A stretch of DNA of 64,000 bases from Phaeosaccion multiseriatum (Eukaryota > Protista > Ochrophyta, other classes), in contig OZ218951.1 in NCBI GenBank assembly GCA_965112735.1, positions 1,240,001 to 1,304,000 of the forward strand, written 5' to 3'. The translations under genes were made by a program, and so were the position numbers. The notes under the pieces are model-generated. The model was not told the DNA's origin. It saw only the letters and a program-made list of their open reading frames with translations, and searched no databases. Below are positions 52,666 to 63,907 of the stretch, one piece after another; the first letter of the stretch is position 1, and every line of letters begins with the position of its first letter.

Positions 52666-53856
52666 GGAGGGCACCAATATGGAATCAGCTTCTGCTGAAG
52701 CAGCGGCGGCTTTGAAGACCGCGGCCCGCCTCATTTCCGACAGCGCCCTGTGGGCTGTGCAAGGAGATTGATGAAGTGACGCCCCGCACCATGATGTTCA
52801 AAGCTGGCGTGCCTAGCAATGTGAGCCGATCAACGGCCGGAGCCCTCGCCCGCGGGGGGGGCAACCAAGCGGGGTATGCTGGGCATGCTGAATGCGCTGA
52901 AGGAGAGGGCGGAATCTTCTCCCTCTCAGGGACAAGGTCCTGGGGAGGGGCTCATCATTAAGACGGGGAGAGGGCAGGGGCAGAGCGATGACTGCGCACA
53001 AAGGCTGGACAGATTTCCAAGAGGGGCACTTATTGCGTTATCGTTGTGCGGCTGGGCCCCGGTGGTAAGGGGCTCACCGCGAAAGTCTTGGCGCAGGTGC
53101 CCAAGTCGGTCAAGCGTGTTGCGTTCTTCCACTCTTTCAATGAGTCCAATGTGACTCTACCCGACACAGTGGAGGAGGTGGTGCTCGGAAGGGATTTCAA
53201 CGAACCGATTGCACTCCCTACCTCGCTGAAGAAGCTCACATTCGACGCGCAATCTACATTCAACAGGGAGTTGACTTTGCCAAGCTCGCTTGAGGAGCTG
53301 GAGCTCGGGGAGCGTTTCAACAGGCCTCTGGAGCTCCCTGCGTCGCTCAAGAAGATCAGAATCGGCACGGCCTTCTATCAGGACATGAACGTGACTCTGC
53401 CAAGTTCGCTTAAGAAGATCCGATCAAATTTGGCTTTGCCTTCAATCATGAGGTGATTCTGCCCACAGTTCACTGGAGGAGCTAAGGTTTACCCGTTCCT
53501 CGAGATTCAACACCCCCATTGATCTCCCGGCTGCGCTGAAAAGGTCGCTTTTGGCCACAAATTCACGAAGCAGGTGGTCCTGCCTTGTGGCATCGAGGAG
53601 GTGGTCGTGGGGAAGCTTTTTTTCCGACCCTCTGAAGCTGGGCCGAGATTATGACAAACCTCTGGGCAGATTGCCTGCTGGCCTGTTGCAGCTCAAGGTT
53701 GGGGAGGAATACCCACTGCCTGCACGCCTTCCCAAAGGGCTTGAGGTGAGGGAATATGCTCCCATTCCCCTGATCTGGGCGACGGTCTTTTGTCGCGAGA
53801 GTGATGATGAAAGCGACGAGATGGCGGAAGAGGATGAAGGCGGGGAGAGTGAGTAG
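52666..53856 (+). pseudogene. Intronless FNIP-repeat protein pseudogene, copy 2 (inverted paralog of 16458-17877)
   Basis: Nucleotide-level match to the reverse complement of copy 1, including flanks (e.g. GCTTTGAAGACCGCGGCCCGCCTCA). Frameshifted across ORFs 52876, 53046 and 53551. Confidence 0.88.
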
Positions 53857-54202
53857 GAGAATCGAGAGAATGAGGAGGAGGGAGTGCGTGAGCTGGGAGT
53901 GAATCAGACAATCAAGACCAAAGTAGGAGGTGTGCAGGCACGTCATTCAGGAGAGCTCATTCGACCCCCACCGGGTGATCGCGAAGGGTTTCCCCTTGAC
54001 TGATGCAAGTGCCGCTCGGGATCAGCGAGGGGGGGCGGAGGAGAAAGGACCAAGCTTTAGTCTTTGTATGTAGTCATTTCGGGATGAAGGGAAACGCACA
54101 TCCACAACCCCTCTTCCTCTCCCTCCTCCTCAACAGTATAGGAAGGTAAGGTGTTCCGCAGCGCTGGTTTCACTCGCTTTTAAAAACTGAACTTAACTGA
54201 AC

Positions 54203-54307
54203 TGACGTTGCGAGCATTCCCGGTTCCGTGGTCGAGGAAGCTGATCACCGGCTTGGAGCCGCCGGCCCCAGCCGTCTTACTCCGTTGACCTCAGGTTCCC
54301 CCCGCAT
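54203..54307 (-). pseudogene. Decayed duplicate of the first ~105 nt of HIS7 exon 1
   Basis: Reverse complement reads ...CCTGAGGTCAA-CGGAGTAAGACGGCTGGGGCCGGCGGCTCCAAGCCGGTGATCAGCTTCCTCGACCACGGAACCGGGAATG, matching 18000-18105 with a frameshift. Confidence 0.93.
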
Positions 54308-54643
54308 CCAGCCGAGGTTGCCCAATATTTTCTTATTTGTTGTCAGAATTAATTTAATTTAAGAATTTCATTAGACATTCAATTTGTTATTAAAAAGAAC
54401 AAAAAAACAAGCGCTGAACAAAGACTTTTGGTAGGTCCGAAAACTGTCCGCTCTCTCTTTCATGATCCTCTTCCCTATACACACACATCCATACACACAC
54501 TGAGCTTGTGACTGATCAGTGCCATCCCAACTCACTAAGGATGGCATCCGCCCGTCACCACCAGTGCAAAAATACCACTTTGACATTGACTCTCCAACCC
54601 CCCCCCCCCCACTACCCTTACGTACTACCCCCCCACGTCTGCC

Positions 54644-55044
54644 TCATTCCCTGGGTGCCTGAAATACTGCCCTTCTTCCGCGGTAAAGAGAAGCAGCAGA
54701 GGCCTCTTCCTCAGAAGGATAAATAAAGATAGCAGAGCCTTCTTGTTGTTGAGCAGCAGACGCGTGTTCAACGCCGCTGTATTCTTGTGCTACCGACGCT
54801 CCTGCTGGTGTTGGTGCTGGTGCTGGTGCTGGTGCTGTTGTTGTTGTTGTTGTTGATGATGCTGATGTTGTTGTCCGCCCACGAGCCGCCGCCTTGGCTT
54901 GGCATTCCTCCCATGAAATTCCTCCTCCTCCTTCTCCTCCTCCTCCTCCTTCTCCTCCCCCTCCTCCTCCTCCTCCTCCTCCTCCTCCTCCTTCTTCTTC
55001 TTCTCCTCCTTCCCCTCCTCCTCCTGCCCCTTCTCCTTCTCCTC

Positions 55045-55075
<31 letters not shown>

Positions 55076-57602
55076 TCCACCCCCCCCACCAAGTACACCA
55101 TCGCTTATCTTCCGATCATCATCCGTCGGCGAAACGCCTGGCGGCGACACAAACGGACGCGGGGGCGTACCCAACGGAAAGTCCGCCCTGCGAGTGCGCA
55201 GCGGCGTCGAAGGCGTCAAACACAAAGCCCCAGTAGGAGAGGGCGAAGACGGCGGTGGCATGAGCTGGATGTTAGCCTTGCGCTCCTCCGCTCTGGCCCT
55301 GCCCTTGGCCGCCGCTGCTACCGCGATTGCCGTCACTGCTGCTGGAAGTGGAGACGTTGTCGTGGTCGGTCCGCTCCTCGTCCTCGTCCCTCTCGCCACG
55401 CCAGGGCCGATCGCTCCAGCAGCAACAGCCGCTTGCGCCGTGGTGCCCATAAAGTACGACAAGGAGAGTCTCCTCCCCTTTGCGATACCGAGATTGGACG
55501 AGGTCGTGGAGGAGAAGGGAAAGTCGATGGACGAGAGTGGGGAGGAGAGCGTTTCCGAGTACACGAAGGGGTCCACTTCCGAGCCTGCCGGGCTGTAAAT
55601 GTCGGTGTCTCCCCTCGCGACTGCCGCGTCTCGTGCCTCCTTTTGTCGCGCCTTCTCTCTCGCCCGGTCCAATGCCTGCTGCTCCCTCGCGTGCTTAATG
55701 TCGAGCCTGAGCTTCCGCTGCCTCCAATACTCTTCCTTTTGCCTCTGCCGCATCGCCTCCTGTCGTTGCAGGTGCTCTTGCAATTGTCGCGTCTTTTGCC
55801 TCGTCGCTATCTGCGACTGCAGCTCCTGTCCGATCTGTTGCTGTGTTTCCACCTTCACCCGGTCCACCCCAGCCCCCCCCCCACCCGAGGTTGCTCCTGC
55901 TGGTGCTGCCCCCCCTGCCCCTGCTGGTCCGCCTCCTCCTCCTATTGCTAGTCGTGATGCTGTTGCTGCTGCCGGTGCCACTGGTGCTGCAGCTGCTACT
56001 GCTACTGCTGCTGCTGGTGGTGGTGCCGCAGGTGCTGCCGTTGCTGTGTCTACGGCCCCTGCCCCAGCGGGTGGTGACGGTGCTGTTTCGTCAACTGCTG
56101 CGGATGCTGCTGCTGCTGCTGCTAGCGCTTCTGCCAGTGCTGTTGGTGCCGCCTCTTTCACAGTGGTGCTGCGGACGTTGCTGTTGCCGGTGGCAGCAAC
56201 AAGCACATCTCCCTCTGCCTCTCCTGCTCCTCCTGGCGGCCTTGCAACAAGCCCCTCCACCGCCGGCGACGTCGCCCCATGTCGTGAAGAAGAAGTCGCG
56301 CTCCCACCACTCCCGTTGCGGGAGTGGGGCCTGGACCCGCTCCGACTCCTCTCCCCCTGTGCCACCACTATGCTCACCACCTCTTCCGTCGTTAAGCCAT
56401 CGAAAGAGCCATTAAAGGACTGTGGCATGCCCTCCAAGGATTGCGATCTCCCCCTGTTCCGGTCCACCTCCCTCTCCCTCTCCCTCTCGGAGGACGCGGC
56501 AACACGAGGGAGGGAGCTAGGTCTAATTTGAGTTGACGACTGTCCACCACCTCCACCCCCACCTCCGCTCCCCGTCGCCATCCCCCCACCCACCCTTCCT
56601 CTTGAGCGACTCTTCTCCCTCTCCGCTGCGATCACTTCTGCTGCGGTCATCCTGCTGCTTCCCCCCGACCCCGTCGATCCGATCGTCCCGACGGACTTCG
56701 CTCGCGCTCCTCTACTGCCATCCCTGCTGTCTTGCATGTACGCCACTCCTCTTCCCCCTCCTCCTCCTACTCCTCCTGCTGATGCTGCCACCCCTCCTCC
56801 TCCTCCTCCTGCGCCGCCTCCTCCTCCTCCTCCTCCTCCTCCTCTCCCGCCTCCTGCTCCTCCTCCTCCAGCTCCTCCCGTCGGCACAACTGGGCCTACA
56901 ACAGGGGATAGTTCCTGTGCGGGGGAGCCTGACGAAGACACCGGTGCTGTTGTCAATAAGCGTGCTCCTCCTCCTCCTCCTGCTGCTGCTGCTGCTGCTG
57001 CTGCGGCTGCTAAAGCTGCAGATGCTGCAGATGCTGCTGGTGGCTGTGCCCTTGACCCAGGCAATGCTACCCCTTCCGCCTCGCTTCTTCCGTACGGTGG
57101 AGGTGGCGGCAGTGGTGCGCGTCGCGGGCGCGGTACGCCGCTGCTGTGGTTGGGATCCCTGAGCGGCGACACGGACACATCTGACTGGGCTGATGGCGCC
57201 ATCGGCAGACGGCCTATACGTACTCGAGAGGAGGCTAAGTTGTTCACTCCAAAGAGGCCTGCGCGTGGGTTGGTCAGGTCCGTAGGGTTGGTTGGGTGGT
57301 TTGTTGGTTTGGTTGAGTTGGTTAGTTAATTTGGTAGGTAGGTAGGTGGAAGGATGGTTGGTTGGCTGGTTGGTGGTTGGCTGGTTGGTTGGTTGGTTGG
57401 TTGCCCCCCTCTTTTCCCACCCTCCGCTCCCGTCCCCCCTCTCTCCGTTACACACACATACACGCACACACCTCGCTTTGCGCTGTCCACCATATTGGCC
57501 CAATTCTTCCTGAACATGATGGCCCAATAAGCTTTCCACACCTTGCCCTTTCTCTCTCTAAGGGGCAGGTGAGACAAGCACCAAAGCCGGATTGATACAG
57601 AT

Positions 57603-57648
<46 letters not shown>

Positions 57649-60600
57649 CGGAGAGAAGCAGATGTGGTTGGTCAGAGAGGGTAATACAGGGGGGCGTCAG
57701 AGGCGTCAGTACTATAGAGAGGGGTTTGCAGGGGTGTAATAGAGTTTTACGAGTATAATGGTGCCTTCTCCAAACAAAAAACACCTCTACAAAATTAGGT
57801 ACTTTGAAGCACGGGGTAACAGAGTGGCGTATTCCCTCCCTCCCACGCCCCCTCCCGACTTACCTCAGGAATTTGAGTTCCTCCTCACTCCAACCCTCGT
57901 CATCATCATCACCAGCAGCAGCAGCAGCGGCAGCAGCCGCCGCCGCCGCCGCCGCCGCAGCAGCCGCAGAAGATCCTCCGAGCGAATTTGTCCCCTTGTC
58001 CATACCAAACCCATCCTCGTCGCTGCTGTCACCGTAGCGAATGGTGCGCTTGCCACTGCTGCTGCTGCTGCTGCTCTTGTCATCGCCAAAGCCTGTGGAC
58101 GTCATGGCCGTTGTGTGCTTCTCTCCAGGCAGAGTGACCTCTGTGTCGCTGTCGTTGGACCCGTTGGACGACAGGGATCTTCTTCTCTCCCTCTCTCGCC
58201 TGCTCTCGCTACCCGCACCCCTCTCAACAGCGTCACCATCCCCCCCCCTCCTCCCTCCCTCCTTGCCCTCTCCCTCCACCTCCTGCCACCCCTCCTCCTC
58301 GTGTAAAGGGTCCCCCTCGCGTTGGTTGTCCTCCCTCCCCCTCCCCCTCCCCTCAGCAGCGGCGTCAGCAACAGCAGCATAGGAGGGAGCGGATACCTTC
58401 CCGCCACAACACCGCCTTCGGATCGCTGAGGAGGCCTGGAGAACGGCCTCCACGTATATAGGCAGGGAGAGGGCGCACAGAAGCGCAAACTGAAGTGTAG
58501 TGAATCGTGGACATGCGGTAGGGCGGGCGGGGGGTGGGGGGCAATGGTGGGGCAGGGCGTCAGGGACAGGGCGAACCCGCTAAAGCAACACAATCGCCGG
58601 TCGGCCACTTGCGTCATACTTCAAAGAGTACGTAAGAGTATTAAAAGGAGTACGTGCATACATACCTGCAGCCAAGTGACCCATCTGTAGTACTCCCTGT
58701 TGCCGCCCCGAGCAAGCTCCTCACCCCCTTCCTCCTCCTCTCCCTCTCCCTCTCCCTCTGAGTCTGACCCCTTGAAGGCGGCCCTCGTCATGACTGCGAG
58801 GGTAGCCACATTGGATATGGCCACAAGCCCTAGTGATGAATTGGTATGTCAATGGGTGTGTGTGTGTGGGAGGGGGGGGGGGGGGGGGTGGGGTTAAGCG
58901 ATGAGAAAAGGAGGGAGAAGTGCGTACTGTAGTAACTATCGTAGACTCCTCCCTCTGCCCCTCGTACAACTACTTGTGCTGCTGCTACAACTGTTTTTGC
59001 TGCGGCCGCAGTACCAACTGCTGCACTGGCGCTCCACATGCTACCTCACTCACCAGCTGCAACGTCAGCAGTCCTGTTCGCAAAGGGCGCGGTGCCCACG
59101 AAGACCATCTCAGTGAAGGCCGAGCATAGGAAAGTCAAACTCTGTACAACGCCGCTATCAACGAGACCTGCGGTGAACAGAAGAGCATCAACGGACCACA
59201 CCAACGACCACATGTCAGACACGTCTATCATGGACATGGATTGGGTTAAGACAGCCAAACAAAGACGCAGGCTCGGCAGCACACACACACACACACACAC
59301 ATAAACACATACAAGGACTCACACACAGACACACGCCCAACCCATACACGCACACATACGCACCCGCAACAGCCGCCAGCCCAGCCCGCATGGCCAGAGA
59401 CCACGGAAGGAAGAGGGCACCGGTGCCTGTAAAGTCCGCGTAGAGAGGCGCCGACCCCACCCTCAGCAGCTCAGTTCGCTGCTCCTCCTCGTCAAAGTAG
59501 TAGCCGTCCTTGCCGCCGGGAGGGCCGCGGGGCTTGCCGAGAGGGACCACGGCGCCCTCCACACCGCCGCTTGAGTTGTGGAAGTACTGGAGTAGGGTCG
59601 AGTGGACGGGATGGAGTAGTGCGGTGGTGTTTGCGTGTGTGCGTGTGTGTGTGTGCGTGCGCGTGCGCAGCGGACGGAGGAAAGGGGGAGAGAGGTGGAG
59701 GCGGGGGAGGAGAGGGGAGGAGAGGGAGGGGCAGAGGAGAGCCAGGAGAAAGCAGTAGGAAGTACAGTAGGAAGTACAGTAGGAAGTGAGTGACAGGAAC
59801 CCGAGCTGGCGGCGGTCAGACAAGAGAAATGTTTCATCGACAGGAGAGAGCAGAGCACATGACATATCACATGACATATCACACATAATAATCGTCCCTT
59901 GTCACTCACCGGCAGAGAGGCCACGGGGGAGGTCACCGCCGGTCGCGGCACCGACATGGAGGAGGACGACGACACAAAGATGGGAGGCGAAGAGCGACCC
60001 GAGCGGCTCACTCGATCACCACCGCCACCGCCGCCACCGCCGCCACCACCGAAACCATGCTGCCCTCCCTGGGTGGAAGACGAAGCGGTGTTGTGGGAAG
60101 AAGAGGCGACTCTGTGGACGGGCGAAGGGGAGGCGAAACGGCGCGGTAACTCCCGCTGTCGCCGCTGCTGCATCACCAGCTGCTGTTGTATCACTAACTG
60201 CTGCTGCTGGCGATGCTCCTGGGCCCCCAGGCTCTGGTCTTGTGAAGAGGAGAGGGAAGAGAGGGGGTAGCCAAAGTAGCCTCGGGAAGCTCGCCGAGCC
60301 ATGCGAGCTCGCTGGTCTGTAGCGCGCACACACACAGATGCGAGAGAGAGAGAGAGGTCAGAGAGAAAGAGAGAGAGAGAGGGGGGAGGGGGGGAAGGGG
60401 ACGAGGAAACGTCAGATTCTGTTGTGATGTTTTGTAAAAGACGTTGAGACGGCCTGCGATGAATGAGTGTCATGTCGACTTACAGAGGTACTTGGACTGC
60501 CAAATGCCCTTGTCGAAACGGCTTAGGCATCTCTCTCCCTCCCAGCCCGACGAGGGGGTGCACCTGATCATGGAGGGGAGGAAGGGAGGAAGGGGGGGGA

Positions 60601-61066
60601 CAGACGGCTGTGTCAATTACAAGCCTTGACAGGCAGGCAGGCAGGCAGACAGGCAGGCAGGATGGAGCGAAGGACGCCATCTGGCATTCCATGTACGTAA
60701 GCAAAGCATCCCAATGACCCAATGACACTTCACTTCGCTTTTAGCTTCCGTACGTAATGTGTTATGTAACATTAAGGCCTCCCATGACAAACAGCACTAA
60801 TACTTGCTTTGGCTCACTCACATCTTGGCCCAAAAGCCCTTTCCGGGCCTATCGCTGTTGGTGCTACGGCCACGGCCGCCGCTCTTGTTGCTGTCCGCCT
60901 CATCCTCGCCGTCGTCATCCTTGGTAAAGTGCACAAACACGAGACCCGCGTTGTCCCTACACAGATAGCGGCGATGGAACACCACCGCGAAGAGGAGGGT
61001 GGACAGGGTGAAGAACACAAGCAGCAGCGCGGAGGGGATCACCACTCGAGCGCACTTGGCCCTGAG

Positions 61067-61106
<40 letters not shown>

Positions 61107-61579
61107 GCATGCGGCGGGGGGGGGGGGGGGTGGACGGCGTAAAAGCAAGACTTGGGAATGTGGGGAACCAAAGAGAGAGAGATGAGGACTCTGACTGAGA
61201 AGCGTGCCCTTGCTGCTTGACACGGTCCTATGCAGAGAGGACGCTGCTTGACATTGACATAGCCCTATACACATACACACACACACACAGAGAGAGAGAG
61301 AGAGGGAGAGAGAGGGAGCGCGCCAGGATACGACGCACCTTAGCGCCCAGAAACAGGCGGTGGACATGCCCGTGTACACAAAGAAGAGAAAGAGGAGCTC
61401 CACATACGGCGAGTACGTTGCGAAGTGCTGTTGTAGGTAGAGAGAGAGAGGACAAAGGGGCGAGGGTGAGAGGAAGAGGCACAGCCGACCGTCGATAACG
61501 CGGCTTGGTGGTGACCCAACGGCGGAAGAGTGGACAGACAAGACGGCCCGTCTCAAGTCCATGCAAGCGAAAGGAGCAC

Positions 61580-61626
<47 letters not shown>

Positions 61627-63907
61627 TGGGAGGCACGCTTGCATTTGCACTCACTCACCGAAGGCGCTTGCAGCATAAACTCACTGGGGAACCGCAGTCC
61701 AACAAGCCCGGAGACAGACAAGAGAGTAGGGGAGGAAGGGGAAGGGAAAGGGCAAAGCAAGGGGGGACACACACAGACAAGATAAGGGAGGAAAGGCAAG
61801 AAGAAGGGGAAGGCCAAGGGGTGGGTGGGGAGGGGGGGTTGAGGGGGGAGCAGAGAATTGAACACACATAAAATGCCCTGGACCCACCCCGTACTCTACT
61901 CCTCTCTGGAGCTCTTGGGACAAACGCGTTTCACCCTCCCCACCCGTTCCTTGTTCACCCCGCTATTCACAGCTGGCAATTCACCTGAGTGTAGCCCTCA
62001 TGCCTTGCTCGAATCTCCGCGCCTTGCCTCGATCCAGCCTCCTTGTGGGAGCGGCCAAGGCCACTACCGACGACGGCAACTGGGGTGCTCCTCCCCCGTA
62101 CCACCCTCCTCCTCCTCTCCCTCCTTCTCCCCCTCCGCCTCCACCTCCCCCTGGTCCCCCTCTTCCCCCCCCCCCTCCTCCTCCTCCTGCTCCTGCAGCG
62201 GCTTGGTCGTTGCAGTTGATGAGCCTGTGCACAGCAACAATGGGGCGCTCCTTCTCGCGTACATTGAGCCCAATGGTGCTGCTCCTATGTAAGTCATCGA
62301 GCCCTAGGGAGCTCCTGCCGCTGCCCTTGAAGGCTCGAATGATGCGAGCCTCCCTCTCTGCTCCGTGCTCTGCCAGCCAGCGGGATTCCAGTACTTTTTG
62401 TTGTAGCGAGTGAAGGAAGGAAGGAAGCGGGCAAGAAAATACGGCGGTTAGGTGAAGGTGAAGGCATTCTCGTCTTCGGTCCCCGCATCCACTACCATTC
62501 CCAACTGCACCTCCTTGTCCTCACCCACCTACCCTCCCGCTCGCCTTGTTCTCTACACACGCACACACGCATGCACGCACATACCCACACCCACACGCAC
62601 CCACACACTCACGCACCCGCATTGATCACCAGGTGTGCCAGCACGAGCAGCAGGAAGCCGCCCACCGCCAGGAGAGCCGTCCCGGACAGCAGAGACGCCC
62701 CGTCCGAGAGGCATTGACCCCGCTCCGCCTCCCTCAGGGCCCTCCCCCCCCCCCCCTCCATCTCCTCCATCATCCCCTCCGATCCCTCCACAGCCAGGCT
62801 GCCCTCACTGCCATCACCGCCTTCATCGTTGTCCTCTTGCTGGCCCGTCCCGAACATCGTGTGGTGGTGGTCGCGACCGCCGAACAGTCTGGCGACGCTC
62901 GGGCTGTACCACAAGTTGGACCACTTCAGCTCGCCTGTGTGTGGTGCGTATGTGCGTGTGTGTATGTGAAGGAAGTGTGGTCAGCACGCTACGCTGTACA
63001 AAACACCACCACCACCACCACCACCACCACCACCACCACCACCAGCAACAACAACAAGAACACCCCCACTCGTCCTCCTCCTTGCCTGTGAACGCCGCAA
63101 ACTGGCTTGATTGCTCTGCGACGGCCACGAAGGCCAGAAGTGCCACATACTGCATCTGCGCCAGGAGGAGGGTCGCCAAGGTAGCGGATGGACTCCGTTT
63201 GGTACCCGCAAAGAGGGAGGAGGAGCGGCCCCCGGGCACGTTACGTGCGCTGGCGATACCCATGGCGAGGGCCAAGAGAACCGCTCCGGCTCCGACAACC
63301 ATGGCCACCTGGGGGGGCGGGGGTGGGAGGCAGGGTGGTGTTGGCTCTCTCGCTGTCCTCTCTCCCATTCTTGTAGAGCTACCAAGGTGGGTGTGTGTGT
63401 GTGTGGCGTGACTACTGGGCCTGTAACAACCAAAAGAGCTGAGGTATGGCAGTGCTCTAGGAACTTACCTTGCCCAGGAAGCTCCACCGCTCGTCGGGCA
63501 CGTAGTCTGACAAATCGGAAAAAAGCGCCCTCCTCCCCTCATGCAACGGCTCCGCTTCCGCCGTCATGGTGGCATCGCAGTGAGCTGTTTGGTCTGTAGC
63601 GACGACCAGCACAAAGGATCAGGTGCACACCCGCACATCAGATGCGGAAAGGACGGCAAAAAGTTCAAAGTTGGTCTAAGACGTGATAGGCCCAACACCA
63701 CCACTGGCAGTAGCAACAACACAACAAAGAAACCAGGAAGGCGTGCAGACGAGACTATCCGAAAGGGAACGAGACGCGCTCCGCCCCCCCCCCCTACCCA
63801 GCCCCCTCTCTCCGACCCCCCGTCCCCCACCCTACCCCCGCACCTGAGAGCAGCAACAACAGCAACGCCAAGACGCCACCCCCGCTCATCATCCCATGCA
63901 GGCCCAT
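54644..63907 (-). CDS. Multi-exon multipass membrane protein, TRP/FLC-like membrane domain, with a long low-complexity C-terminal tail; 5' end may lie beyond the window
   Basis: Hydrophobic exons: LLAQMQYVALL...FAAFTG|ELKWSNLW, LLLVLAHL, GLRFPSEFMLQ, VVIPSALLLVFF, GSAPLYADFTG, TAPFANRTAD. Last exon about 57258-54644. Internal exon structure is only partly resolved, and it could be two genes. Confidence 0.55.

Larger units (their letters stand above)
3197..60200. repeat. Dispersed 15-bp motif CAGTTGGTGATACAG embedded in CAG-rich tracts (at least 15 copies, both strands)
   Basis: Exact copies at 3197(+), 3935(-), 44773(-), 46925(-). One mismatch at 9823, 10659, 32656, 37183, 48955, 50184. More diverged at 19671, 37011, 40454, 47872, 50548, 60168, 60186. 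Confidence 0.85.

Noticed and set aside
16458-53856. FNIP copies as terminal inverted repeats of a giant transposon (Polinton/Maverick-like)
   Set aside because: The enclosed genes are ordinary intron-rich host genes with no integrase, polymerase, capsid or transposase. The copies are diverged and no target-site duplication was seen.
62904-62918. Apparent extra copy of the CAG-embedded motif (QLVVQ frame)
   Set aside because: Four mismatches, and the real frame encodes SNLWYS.
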